A DNA stretch of 64,000 nt, taken from positions 10,044,001 to 10,108,000 of the forward strand of contig OZ024742.1 of NCBI GenBank assembly GCA_964016885.1, in the 5' to 3' direction. This DNA is from Eledone cirrhosa. Taxonomy: Eukaryota. How positions within the stretch are numbered: position 1 is the first letter of the stretch; every line of letters begins with the position of its first letter. The position numbers and the translations under genes were made by a program. The notes beneath the pieces are model-generated. The model was not told where the DNA came from. It searched no databases and saw only the letters and a program-made list of their open reading frames with translations. Of the stretch, positions 28,406 through 39,664 are shown in pieces.

Positions 28406-28859
28406 ATATTAAGTAGTGGAAATATGTGGGTGTGTAGTTCTACATGATGGTATAGCGATGTGAACAGGTCAACAATGACACATGACATGTGGTGTTTGAC
28501 ACGAGGGTGGACACATGTGAACAGAGTCAATAATGACACACGACATGTTGTGTTTGATATGTTGGTATAGACATGTGGACAGGGACAATAATGATACATG
28601 ACATGTGGTGTTCTAGACGAGAGTGTACACGTGTTGACAGGGTCAATAATGACACACGACATGTGGTGTTCATCTGCTGACCTGTTATGACATCTGGAGC
28701 CTAGTTCAGGCTTGATCTTCATATGGATAAAAAAAAACCTGCGAAGAGATTACGAGGAGAGCGACCAGTCTGGAGTAAGATATGGGCTGAGATAAAGTTA
28801 TTTTCTGAAATATCGGTCTCGAGGGACGAACTCATAACCATAAGACAAGTGAGTTATGA

Positions 28860-29165
28860 GTCCTAGTGGTAAGTGTGTAGGTTCAATTCCAGGAGTGGGT
28901 TGTGTGTTGTGTTCTTGAGCAACAGACTTCATTTCACATTGTTCCAGTGGTAAGTGTGTTGCACTTACGATCATAATGTCATGGGTTCGAATCCTGGAGT
29001 GGGTTGTGTGTTGTGTTCTGAAGCATCACACTTCATTTTAAGTTGCTCCAGTATACTCGGCTGAAAATGAGTACCAGCAATAGCTGGAAGTTTAACCCTG
29101 CTATGGACTGGCGTCCTATCTAGGTGGATGTACTCTCAGTTACTTTACGCCAAGGAAATCAGGAT
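28860..29165 (+). mobile_element. tRNA-derived SINE family B (MetaSINE-like central domain) with a duplicated head
   Basis: B box ggttcgaatcc, then gttgtgttcttgagcaa..cttcatttca, then accctgctatggactggcgtcctatc. The head segment is present twice. Confidence 0.65.
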
Positions 29166-30133
29166 ATGAGACATACTTTAGACACATGACAGCAGCATCT
29201 CTTTCTTGGAGATATGTCTTTCCTATAATGAATGTGGGCTTTCCTATAATGAGGTTTGAGTAAGAATCTTTTATTATTTCTAGCAGGTGGAACAGCCGTA
29301 CAGAGTTTTGATCATTTAGTCAGAAACATGTCTAGTCTTTAAGGAAATTCATTTTCGTGATAAAGAATTCATTCATTTTAAGCAGTGTTTTCATGAAGAG
29401 AAAAACATTTCAGCATTCTGTTCACCCTATACCAGTAAGATATTAGGGTCAAACAAAACATTTATTCCCCCACACTTATCAAACGAAATAAAAACAAAAA
29501 TATATTTACACTTAACGAAAAATATATTGTTCTCTTTTTTTATTTTTCACGAATTTTAGTAAGTTTTAAAATATTAAATGATTTTCATTTAAAGATAAAT
29601 ACTTTTAACTTTCATTCTTTTTTTATTGAAAGGGGGAGGGGGCAGATGGTAGTAGTGGTGGTGGCGTTGTTGATGATGGTCGTGGTGGTGGTTTTGAAAG
29701 GTGGTAATGGTAGGGATAGCAATGATGGTGGGATAGTGGAGTGGGTGATGGTAGTTGTGGTAGTGGTCGTCGTGTTGGTAATACTTGGGGCGATTCTGAG
29801 GAGTTGGTGGTGGGGATGGCAGTAGTTGCCGTGGTAATGGCAGTAGTTGCCGTGGTGGTGGTGATGGCGGTAGTTGTGGAGGTGGTGGTGGTGGTGGTGG
29901 GAAGAGGCTATGGTGGTGGTGGTGGTGCTGCTGGGAAGGGGCTATAGTGGTGGTGCTGGGGGGAGAGGCTATAGTGGTGGTGGTGGTGGTGTATTTTATT
30001 TAAAATGTAGATTTAATGTTTCTACAGCTTTAACAGCCAAGTTTCCGTCAGCTTACAGAATTGCTTGTTGCTCTATATGATTATCTATCATTCAGTTTAG
30101 AAAAACTATTTTTTTCTATCAATCTCTATCTCA

Positions 30134-30187
<54 letters not shown>

Positions 30188-30358
30188 TGAGAGAGGAGTT
30201 ACTGAAGGACACGAGAGAGAGACATTATAAGTTCACATAATATATTTATTATACGTATATCTGTGTGTAGGTTTCTGAGATTGAGTGTTGCTACAAACAG
30301 AATTAACTTTTCCTTCATATATATATATATATATATATAAACATATAAACACACACAC

Positions 30359-30406
<48 letters not shown>

Positions 30407-30594
30407 AGACATATATATATAAACATATATATATATATAAACATATAAACACACACACCTATTTATATATATATATATACATACATATATATATATATAT
30501 ATATAAACAGACATATATATATAAACACACACACCTATTTATATATATATATATAGATATACATACATACATATAAACATATAAACACACACAC

Positions 30595-30625
<31 letters not shown>

Positions 30626-30628
30626 GGT

Positions 30629-30718
<90 letters not shown>

Positions 30719-31405
30719 ACACACATATATATATATAAACATATATATATAAAAACACATACACCTATATATATATATATATATATATATACATACATGA
30801 ATAAAAAATATGAACGAATGATTTGAAATGTAATATTAAACTATTTTCATCTTTTCGACATAAGTACTTCTCGCTAAAGAAAAAGAAAAAAGAGAAAAAG
30901 AAGCAGTAAATATTTTAGTTTTAGACTCTCCATTATAAAGAACAAGTAGTGAAATGAAAAAACTATTTTTTGCTGATGTATAGGGTTTTAGATGAAGAAA
31001 ACTTGGATATTTTATCATCAGAAATAGAAGAAAAACATTAATATAAATATACTTTTCTTTGTTGTGCAAAGTGTACAATGACTGGATCCTATATTACAGT
31101 TTGGTTTGCTGTTGTTGTTTTTTTTTTTTTTTTTGTGTGGGGGGGGGGGGTACCTTTGGCTTTTTTTCAAATATATTATCTTTACCATTTTTATCATTAT
31201 TATTTTTATGTTATTGTTGTTATCATTATTACTACTATTATCATTATTGTCGCTGTTGTTCTTATTGTTATCATGACTATCTTTATTTTGATCATCATCA
31301 TTATTTTATGACTGCATAATTATCAGTACATATATATATATAACTTTATTTACGTGTTCCAGCCGACAACTCTCTGTCTCGCTCTCTCTCTATATATATA
31401 TAGAT

Positions 31406-31448
<43 letters not shown>

Positions 31449-31967
31449 GAGAGAGAGATGGTTTGTATGGGCGTGGGTTTGAGTGTATGTCTATATGCCT
31501 GCATATATACATCCGTGGATATATTACTGTATGTGCGAACATGTGTTTGTGTATATGTACGTGTGTGTGTGTGGGGGGGGGGGTGTATATGCAAAGTTTT
31601 CATAAAACATTTGCATGCTTTGGGTTGTTGTTTTTTTAATGTTAGTTTTCAGAAATAAAATAAAAAGTAATATACAAATGTAAGCATTCAAATTTTGTTT
31701 CGCAGAAGCCAAAAAATAAATAAATAAATAAATAATAATAATAAAATAAGAAAGACAATAAGATAGAGAGAAAATAAAATATTTGAATGTTATGTTTGGA
31801 AAATAAATTAAGATTATGATTTGAATTATAGTTTCAGATTTTTTAAAGAGTCTCTTCAATATAACATACACATTCAATAACATCTTTCTACAGTTCCATT
31901 CGAATCGACGTATATAGCTACAAACATATATATATATATATATATATATACACGTCTATATTATATA

Positions 31968-32100
<133 letters not shown>

Positions 32101-32316
32101 GTATATATATATGTGTGTGTGTATATATATGTATATATATGTGTGTGTGTATATATATATACCTACATATGTACGTATATATACATATATCCATATACAC
32201 CTACATATATATATATATATGTATATATGTATTTATATATATATATGTGTATGTATATATGTAGGTGCATATGTAGATATGTATATATACGTACATATGT
32301 AGGTATATATATATGT

Positions 32317-32371
<55 letters not shown>

Positions 32372-33039
32372 TACATATATACATATACATATATGTATAT
32401 GTAAATATATATATATTATATATAAATATATGCGTACTTATATAAATACCAGCATACATGCATAAATATATAAATACATACCCAAAGTTACATATACACG
32501 TACATAACTGAATATATACACACATACATATTAGGATACATGCTTAGATACGTACACGAGATTCTACAAACACTTAAGGGGAAATTAAGAACTTTAAAAC
32601 ACGAACTGAAGACGTTTGGAGCGATACTTGGTTATCGTAAAAATCTACTCCAATGAGAGAGTATTAATTTCAAACTTGCTTTTAATCCACGAGCTGTTTA
32701 CTGAAGGATGAAGAATAGAAATAATATCTTCGCAGAAATGTCCCTGCTTCCAAAATATTTTAAATCATTTTAATCTAAGTATTGAAATTATATAATATAT
32801 TTTAATCTGAATATACCATGGTTTAATATATTCCCGAAAGAATTCTCTGCCAGTAGCAATAGTAAAATTTACATAACGAACTTAGAAAATTTCTCCCAAG
32901 TTATGGGAAAATTACATAATGAAAACCCCTAGAAATAAACCTAATATTTGGGTACGGGTATAATATTTGTGTACGGGTACTGACGTCCTACAGAAAACCA
33001 GAGAGATGTATATTTAGAAGAACAATCGAAAGTTAGATA

Positions 33040-33420
33040 GACATTTGACATTAAATACTACATGGACATACGATATTGATATACTACATGGATATACGAC
33101 GTTGAGTACAACATTGATATACTACATTGACATGCTACATGGACATACTACATTAAATACTCATGGACATACTACATTGACATACTACATGGACATACGA
33201 CGTTAAGTGCTACATGGACATACGGTATTGACATACTACATTGACATGCTACATGGACATATGACATTGACATACGGTATTGACATACTACATTGACATA
33301 CTACATGGACATATGACATTGACTTATTACATGGACATGCTACATTGAATACTACATGGTCATGCTATATTGACATACTACATTGACATGAACAGAGACA
33401 TACGACATTGGCTTGCCTTA
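33040..33420. repeat. Degenerate 14-bp minisatellite (gacatactacat(t/g))
   Basis: Recurrent catactacattgac / catactacatggac units. Confidence 0.85.
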
Positions 33421-33974
33421 GCATGGACAAACTTTGTAGCTAACAATGACAGTATTGACTTGGTGGAAGACTATAGGATAATTACCTAAACATCTACAAA
33501 CATTATAGAAGCTGTCTCATAACAAATGCTCTAACACAATTGTTAAACCAACAATATAGTTACTGATGAGGAGGTAGAAACAATGAAATGGATGTAAAGA
33601 TGTGAAGACATAATCTTTAATAAATATGGCGGCTCTGTCTGCAGTTCAACACCACAGAATTGTTATAAAATGTTTGGCTTGATTACAGAAACACATTTGA
33701 TTATATTTCTCAGTGTGGGGAGGTCGGGGTGTTTATTCCCGTCCCGTAAGTTAAAGGCTCAATAAATAAAGTGTGACTGAAGAAATAATAACTGAGGTCA
33801 ATTCTTTCGACAGTGTTGCTCCAGCAAGGGTTCAATCTAATGACTGAAACCAGTTTTTCTTTTATCCGGCTTGACAAAATCCCAGATCTCATTCAGTAAA
33901 CCGGTGAGGTGAGACTTGTCCAATCTGACCAAGGAAACAATGTTTCCATTGGTCTTTCCATTGTTGATACTATT

Positions 33975-34090
33975 TATAGGTTGAAATAAAGTATCTTGCT
34001 TAAGGACTTAACAGATTGCCCTGTCCGGGAATCGAACCCACATCTTCACGATTGTGAATCCAGCTCTCTAACCATTAACAATGCCACTTC
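33975..34090 (-). mobile_element. SINE head fragment (family B-like)
   Basis: cgggaatcgaaccca is the reverse complement of a B box. tatcttgcttaaggac matches the core. Confidence 0.55.
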
Positions 34091-34279
34091 CCTGAAACCA
34101 GTAAAACAACAGAATATGTTATATACACACATCTACAACAATATTTAATTCTAGTCTATTCTTTTCTATACACACATTTCTGATAACACCTTATATAACA
34201 TTCCATTAGTAGTTTACTGAACAAAGACATTTATCGTTAAGACACTTAACCGCCATGTATCAAGCATATCTTCCAGACA

Positions 34280-34315
<36 letters not shown>

Positions 34316-34669
34316 GATAGGGGGAGAGGGGGAGGAGAGAGAGCGGGAGATAGAGAGGGAGAGAGAGGGAGAGAGTGAGAGAGAGAGAGAGAGATAGAGG
34401 TGAGAGAGAGATGCCGCCAACTTATATTGTGCTTGTGCTCCATTGCTTCGTTCAGGCGACGTGAATATATCCAACAGAGAAGAATTTAGAAAGAAAACGA
34501 GGCGACGGTATTCATTGGACAGAGTTAGCCCAGTGGAATACGGAGTAAAATGTCATTTACTCTGTTATACCCGCTTATATTTTATCAGATAATAGAGAGC
34601 AGAATGTTAAATTATACAAGAGGAGCAATCTGTCTCACTCTTTATTATCACCATCATCTTTATTGTTAT

Positions 34670-36570
34670 TATTAGTAGTTTAGCAGTACTGGTAGAGGGT
34701 TGGACGCCATGCTTTCTAGCATAGTTAAGTCCCTTTACAGTCTGAGTTCAAATCCCGTCGAGGTTAACTTTGCCTTTCATCCTTACGGGGTCGATAAATA
34801 AAGTACCAGTAATGTACTGGGTAATTGCTGGCCTTGTGCCTAAAGTAGAAACAATTATTAAAGAGTGGTGGTTGGCAGAATCGGTAGAGAGTCGGACGCC
34901 TTTCTTTGCAGCATAGAGGTACGGCCCTTTACGGTCTGACTTCAAATCCCGCCGAGGTTAACTTTACCTTTCATCCTTAAGGGGTCGATGAAATAAATAC
35001 AATTTAATTGACATTCTCCTCCCGTCCTTGTGCCTAAATAAGAAAACATTATTATTATTGCTACGGTGTCAATAAAATAAAGTACCAGTAATGCACTGGA
35101 ATAATTATTATTGCTACGGTGCCAATAAAATAAAGTACCAGTAATGCACTGGAATAATTATTATTGCTACGGTGTCAATAAAATAAAGTACCAGTAAGGC
35201 ACTGGAATAATTATTATTGCTACGGTGTCAATAAAATAAAGTACCAGTAAGGCACTGGAATAATTATTATTGCTACGGTGTCAATAAAATAAAGTACCAG
35301 TAAGGCACTGGAATAATTATTATTGCTACGGTGTCAATAAAATAAAGTACCAGTAATGCACTGGAATAATTATTATTGCTACGGGGTCAATAAAATAAAG
35401 TACCAGTAATGCACTGGAATAATTATTATTGCTACGGTGTCAATAAAATAAAGTACCAGTAATGCACTGGAATAATTATTATTGCTACGGTGTCAATAAA
35501 ATAAAGTACCAGTAATGCACTGGAATAATTATTATTGCTACGGTGTCAATAAAATAAAGTACCAGTAAGGCACTGGAATAATTATTATTGCTACGGTGTC
35601 AATAAAATAAAGTACCAGTAATGCACTGGAATAATTATTATTGCTAAGGTGTCAATAAAATAAAGTACCAGTATTGCACTGGAATAATTGCTGGCCTTGT
35701 GCCAAAAAGTAGAAACAATTATTATTATTGCTACGGTGGATTGGGCGGTGGGTTGGCAGTATCGGTAGAGGGTCTGACACCATGCTTTGAAGCAATGAGT
35801 TACGGCCCTTTATGGTCTGAAATCCCACTGAGGTTAACTTTGCCTTTCAGCCTTACGGGGTCGATAAAATAAAGTACCAGTCACGCACTGGAATCGATTT
35901 CATCGACTTTTCCTTCCCCAAAAAGTGCTGGCCTTGTGCCTTTAAAAGAAACCATTATTAAATAGTGGTGGTTGGCAGTATCGGTAGAGCATCAGACACA
36001 ATGCTTTCTGGCATAGAGTTGCCTCTCTTTACGTTCTGAGTTCAAATCCCGCCGGGGTTAACTTTACGTTTCATCTTTACAGGGTTGATAAAATAAAGTA
36101 CCAGTAATGTACTGGAGTCGATTTAATCAACTTTCCCCTCCCTAAAATTGATGGCCTTGTGCCTAAATCATGAACCAATAGTAGGGCGGCAGATTGGCAG
36201 TATCGTTAGAGAGTCGGACAACATGCTTTGCGGCATAAAGTTATGGCCTTTTATGTTCTGAGTTCAAATCCGTTGGGGTTAATTTTACCGTTCTTCCTCA
36301 AGGGGCAATTAAAATAAATACAATTTAATCGACATTCTCCTCCCCTTCCTGTGCCTAAATCAGAAAATATTGGATTGGCAGTATCGGTAGAGGGTCGGAC
36401 GCCATGCTTTCCAGCAGAGAGTTACGTCCCTTTACGGAACTGAATTCAAATCCCGCCGAGGTTAACTTTGCCTTTCATCCTTACGGGGTCGATAAAATAA
36501 AGTACCAGTAATGTACTGGATTATTGCTGGCCTTGTGCCAAAAGTAGAAACAATTATTATTATTGCTACG
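34670..36570 (+). mobile_element. Head-to-tail cluster of six family A SINEs, interrupted by a 53-bp array
   Basis: tggcag(t/a)atcggtagag-type heads lie near 34680, 34872, 35754, 35972, 36195 and 36375. Each is followed by the B box and body. Confidence 0.9.
35049..35690. repeat. 53-bp minisatellite, 12 copies (attattattgctacggtgtcaataaaataaagtaccagtaa(t/g)gcactggaata)
   Basis: The ctacgg anchor (ctaagg in the last unit) recurs at 35061, 35114 ... 35644, a period of 53. Confidence 0.95.
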
Positions 36571-37337
36571 GAAAAATGATAAGGAAAAGATGTGTTTGAC
36601 TGTTAGTTGCAGAACAATCTAGGAAGCCCATTATTAATATAAGTTGTGATATGTTCATATTAGAAGAGCATGTTTTGGACAGAAGACCTTAAGACACTTT
36701 TCTTTCAAATATTCCCTTCATTGTAACTATAAATAAGACCTATGAAAAGGCAGACAATACAATGTTGTGAACACTTAGAGAATCCATGTAATTCTTCAGC
36801 AGTACTGTGATATAATTAATTCTATGACAGAGTATACTGTATATTCTAGAGATATTATAGGATTTCTGCTAAATACACAACAGTATCTAAATACAACGTA
36901 TATTCTAAATAAACTCTATACAGACATTATTTATGTTGTTATCACAATAAATTTGTTGAGCTATAGTTTTGACGAAAACCACGTCTCTCTAGTTTTATCA
37001 TGGAAGGTAAATGCAATAAAAGATGTTCAAATAAAAATGGTTTCGTCTAACAATTTACATTATCGGCGTGATTTGATCGTCAAGACGATTACACTCTCTA
37101 AACTTCCACTGAAATTGGTGTTCTGCTATGGCTGGAGACTTAACAATAAACTTTCACACTAAATTTACATAAAGCAAAATATCCAACATCCGAATTAATT
37201 TAATCGATCGATGTTATGTATGTATCGAATACAGATATATATACTCTCAGCGTTCACATATATATACATACACATACATACAAACAAACAAGTACGTATA
37301 CGTACACATGCATCTCTCTCAATATTTCTCTTCCCTT

Positions 37338-37394
<57 letters not shown>

Positions 37395-37668
37395 GGAATA
37401 GAATGAAACGAAATTTCATTTCTCACTCTTAGTACGGTACTTACTTAAATGTAAGTATGTATGTATGTATACGTACATACATATATGTATACAGACGTAC
37501 ATTAGTATGTATATATATACATACAGGCACACATATATATATGCACGTATCAGTTTACCGAACATTTATTATAATGCTCGGTTTGTTTGTAAACAAACAA
37601 GCAGCCCGAATTACGCCGTACAGTATTTAGGTAACTATGTCACCTTTTTGTTCAACACTGACACAGGA

Positions 37669-37711
37669 ACGATGTACTAGTTTCAAGCTTATTAGCTATC
37701 GTCAGCATCGT
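37669..37711 (-). ncRNA. Type I hammerhead ribozyme motif (copy A)
   Basis: The minus strand reads acgatg CTGACGA t-agct-aata-agct-t GAAA ctag TA catcgt. Confidence 0.8.
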
Positions 37712-38025
37712 ATACCTTCCTGCCAGATGGTTGAACGTCTGAAAGTATATACTTTCCTTATGCATATTAACGGCTGAGCAGCCTAATTTGTATATCGAGT
37801 GATTTCAGTCGGCCGGGCACACCGAAAACGATAAATGGAATAGAATGAAACGTAGTGCCGTACTAAGAGGGAGAAATGAAATTTCGTTTCATTCTATTCC
37901 ATTTATCGTTTTCGGTATGCCCGGCCGACTGAACTCCCTCGATATGCAAATTAGGCTGCTCAGCCGTTAATATGCATAAGGAAAGTATATACTTTCAGAC
38001 GTTCAACCATCTGGCAGGATGGTAT

Positions 38026-38068
38026 ACGATGCTGACGATAGCTAATAAGCTTGAAACTAATACATCGT
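38026..38068 (+). ncRNA. Type I hammerhead ribozyme motif (copy B; stem III variant CTAA)
   Basis: acgatg CTGACGA tagctaataagctt GAAA ctaa TA catcgt. Confidence 0.7.
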
Positions 38069-38470
38069 TCCTGTGTCAGTGTTGAACAAAAAGGTGACGT
38101 GGTTGCCTAAACTCGGTACGGCGTAATTTGGGCTGTTTGTTTGTTTACAAACAAACAAATCCGAGCATTATAATAAATGTTTGGTAAACCGATACGTGCA
38201 TATATATATGTGTGCATGTACGTATATATATATACACACTACTGTACGTCTGTATACATATATGTATGTACGTATACATACATACTTACATTTAAGTAAG
38301 TGACGTACTAAGAGTAAGAAATGAAATTTCGTTTCATTCTATTCCATTTATCGTTTTCGGTGTGCTCGGCCGACTGAACTCACTCGATATGCAAATTAGG
38401 CTGCTCAGCCGTTAATATGCATAAGGAAAGTATATACTTTCGGACGTTCAACCACCTGGCAGGAAGGTAT

Positions 38471-38513
38471 ACGATGCTGACGATAGCTGATAAGCTTGAA
38501 ACTAGTACATCGT
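38471..38513 (+). ncRNA. Type I hammerhead ribozyme motif (copy C)
   Basis: acgatg CTGACGA tagctgataagctt GAAA ctag TA catcgt, exactly 445 bp after copy B. Confidence 0.8.
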
Positions 38514-38639
38514 TCCTGTGTCAGTGTTGAACAAAAAGGTGACATGGTTGCCTAAACATTGTACGGCGTAATTCGGGCTGTTTGTTTGTTTACAAACAAA
38601 CAAACCGAGCATTATAATAAATGTTCGGTAAACCGATAC

Positions 38640-38686
<47 letters not shown>

Positions 38687-38855
38687 CATGTATGTATATA
38701 TATATATACATACTACTGTAGGTCTGTATACATATATGTATGTACGTATACATACATACATACTTACATATATATATATATATATACATATGTAATTATG
38801 TATACCTACATACATATATATACATACATAGATAGACACCCAGACATATATATAA

Positions 38856-38913
<58 letters not shown>

Positions 38914-39186
38914 TGCCACCTCGTTATCGAGTATGGCCGTTGCACGAGGAGAAAAAATAAAATAAAATTAATAAATAAATAAAAAAATTTAAAAAAAAAG
39001 AAATATATATACATACACACATACATACACATATACACACACACATATACACACACATACATTAATAACAATAATAATAATAATAACAACAATAATAATA
39101 ACGACAACAATAATAATATACATATACACATACACGCATACACATATATATATATACATACATATATACATACACATATATATATG

Positions 39187-39263
<77 letters not shown>

Positions 39264-39402
39264 CGTTTTTGAATTTGTTTTGCAGCATTCTTTATCTGAA
39301 AACGTGTGTTGAAACCGATATTGTATTAAATTTATAAATTTAAGAATTTATAAATTTCCGGCTGTTTGGTTGGTTCCATAACCGGACGGTTGTTCATATA
39401 TT

Positions 39403-39445
39403 GTCAAAGTTCTTTCGTCACACATTCTGTGACCTCTTCAGTGAC
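39403..39445 (-). ncRNA. Minimal type I hammerhead motif in the Penelope 3' terminal repeat
   Basis: The minus strand reads gtca CTGAAGA g gtcaca-gaatg-tgtgac GAAA gaac TT tgac. Confidence 0.72.
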
Positions 39446-39664
39446 TGGGGATTCTTTTCTTTGTTTTTGTGCCTCTCCTTTGTTCTGTCCTACGCCATCT
39501 TGTTTTTGTGTGTGTTGTGTTCTTAGTTTGCGCATGTGTTACATCCGGGTGCCTGTGTGTGTTTATATTTGTTTATTTATTTGACTATGTACATGTTACT
39601 GGTTGGTTGTTTGTTCTATGTGTGTGTGTGTTTTCATTTTGTTCTTAATTGTAAGTTGTGATGT

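Larger units (their letters stand above)
37391..38770. mobile_element. 445-bp hammerhead-containing non-coding repeat, three copies (one inverted, two tandem); retrozyme or PLE-terminal-repeat-like
   Basis: 37391-37852 is the reverse complement of the unit repeated at about 37859-38303 and 38304-38770. Both outer ends run into (TA)n. Confidence 0.8.

Noticed and set aside
27665-28416. MLPLH / VVTCE pentapeptide-repeat proteins
   Set aside because: They coincide exactly with a 15-bp minisatellite that is open on both strands, with no supporting gene structure.
32600-32640. Additional hammerhead (CTGAAGA...GATA), and CTGATGA hits at about 12396 and 33563
   Set aside because: Core mismatch and/or no convincing stems; compatible with chance.
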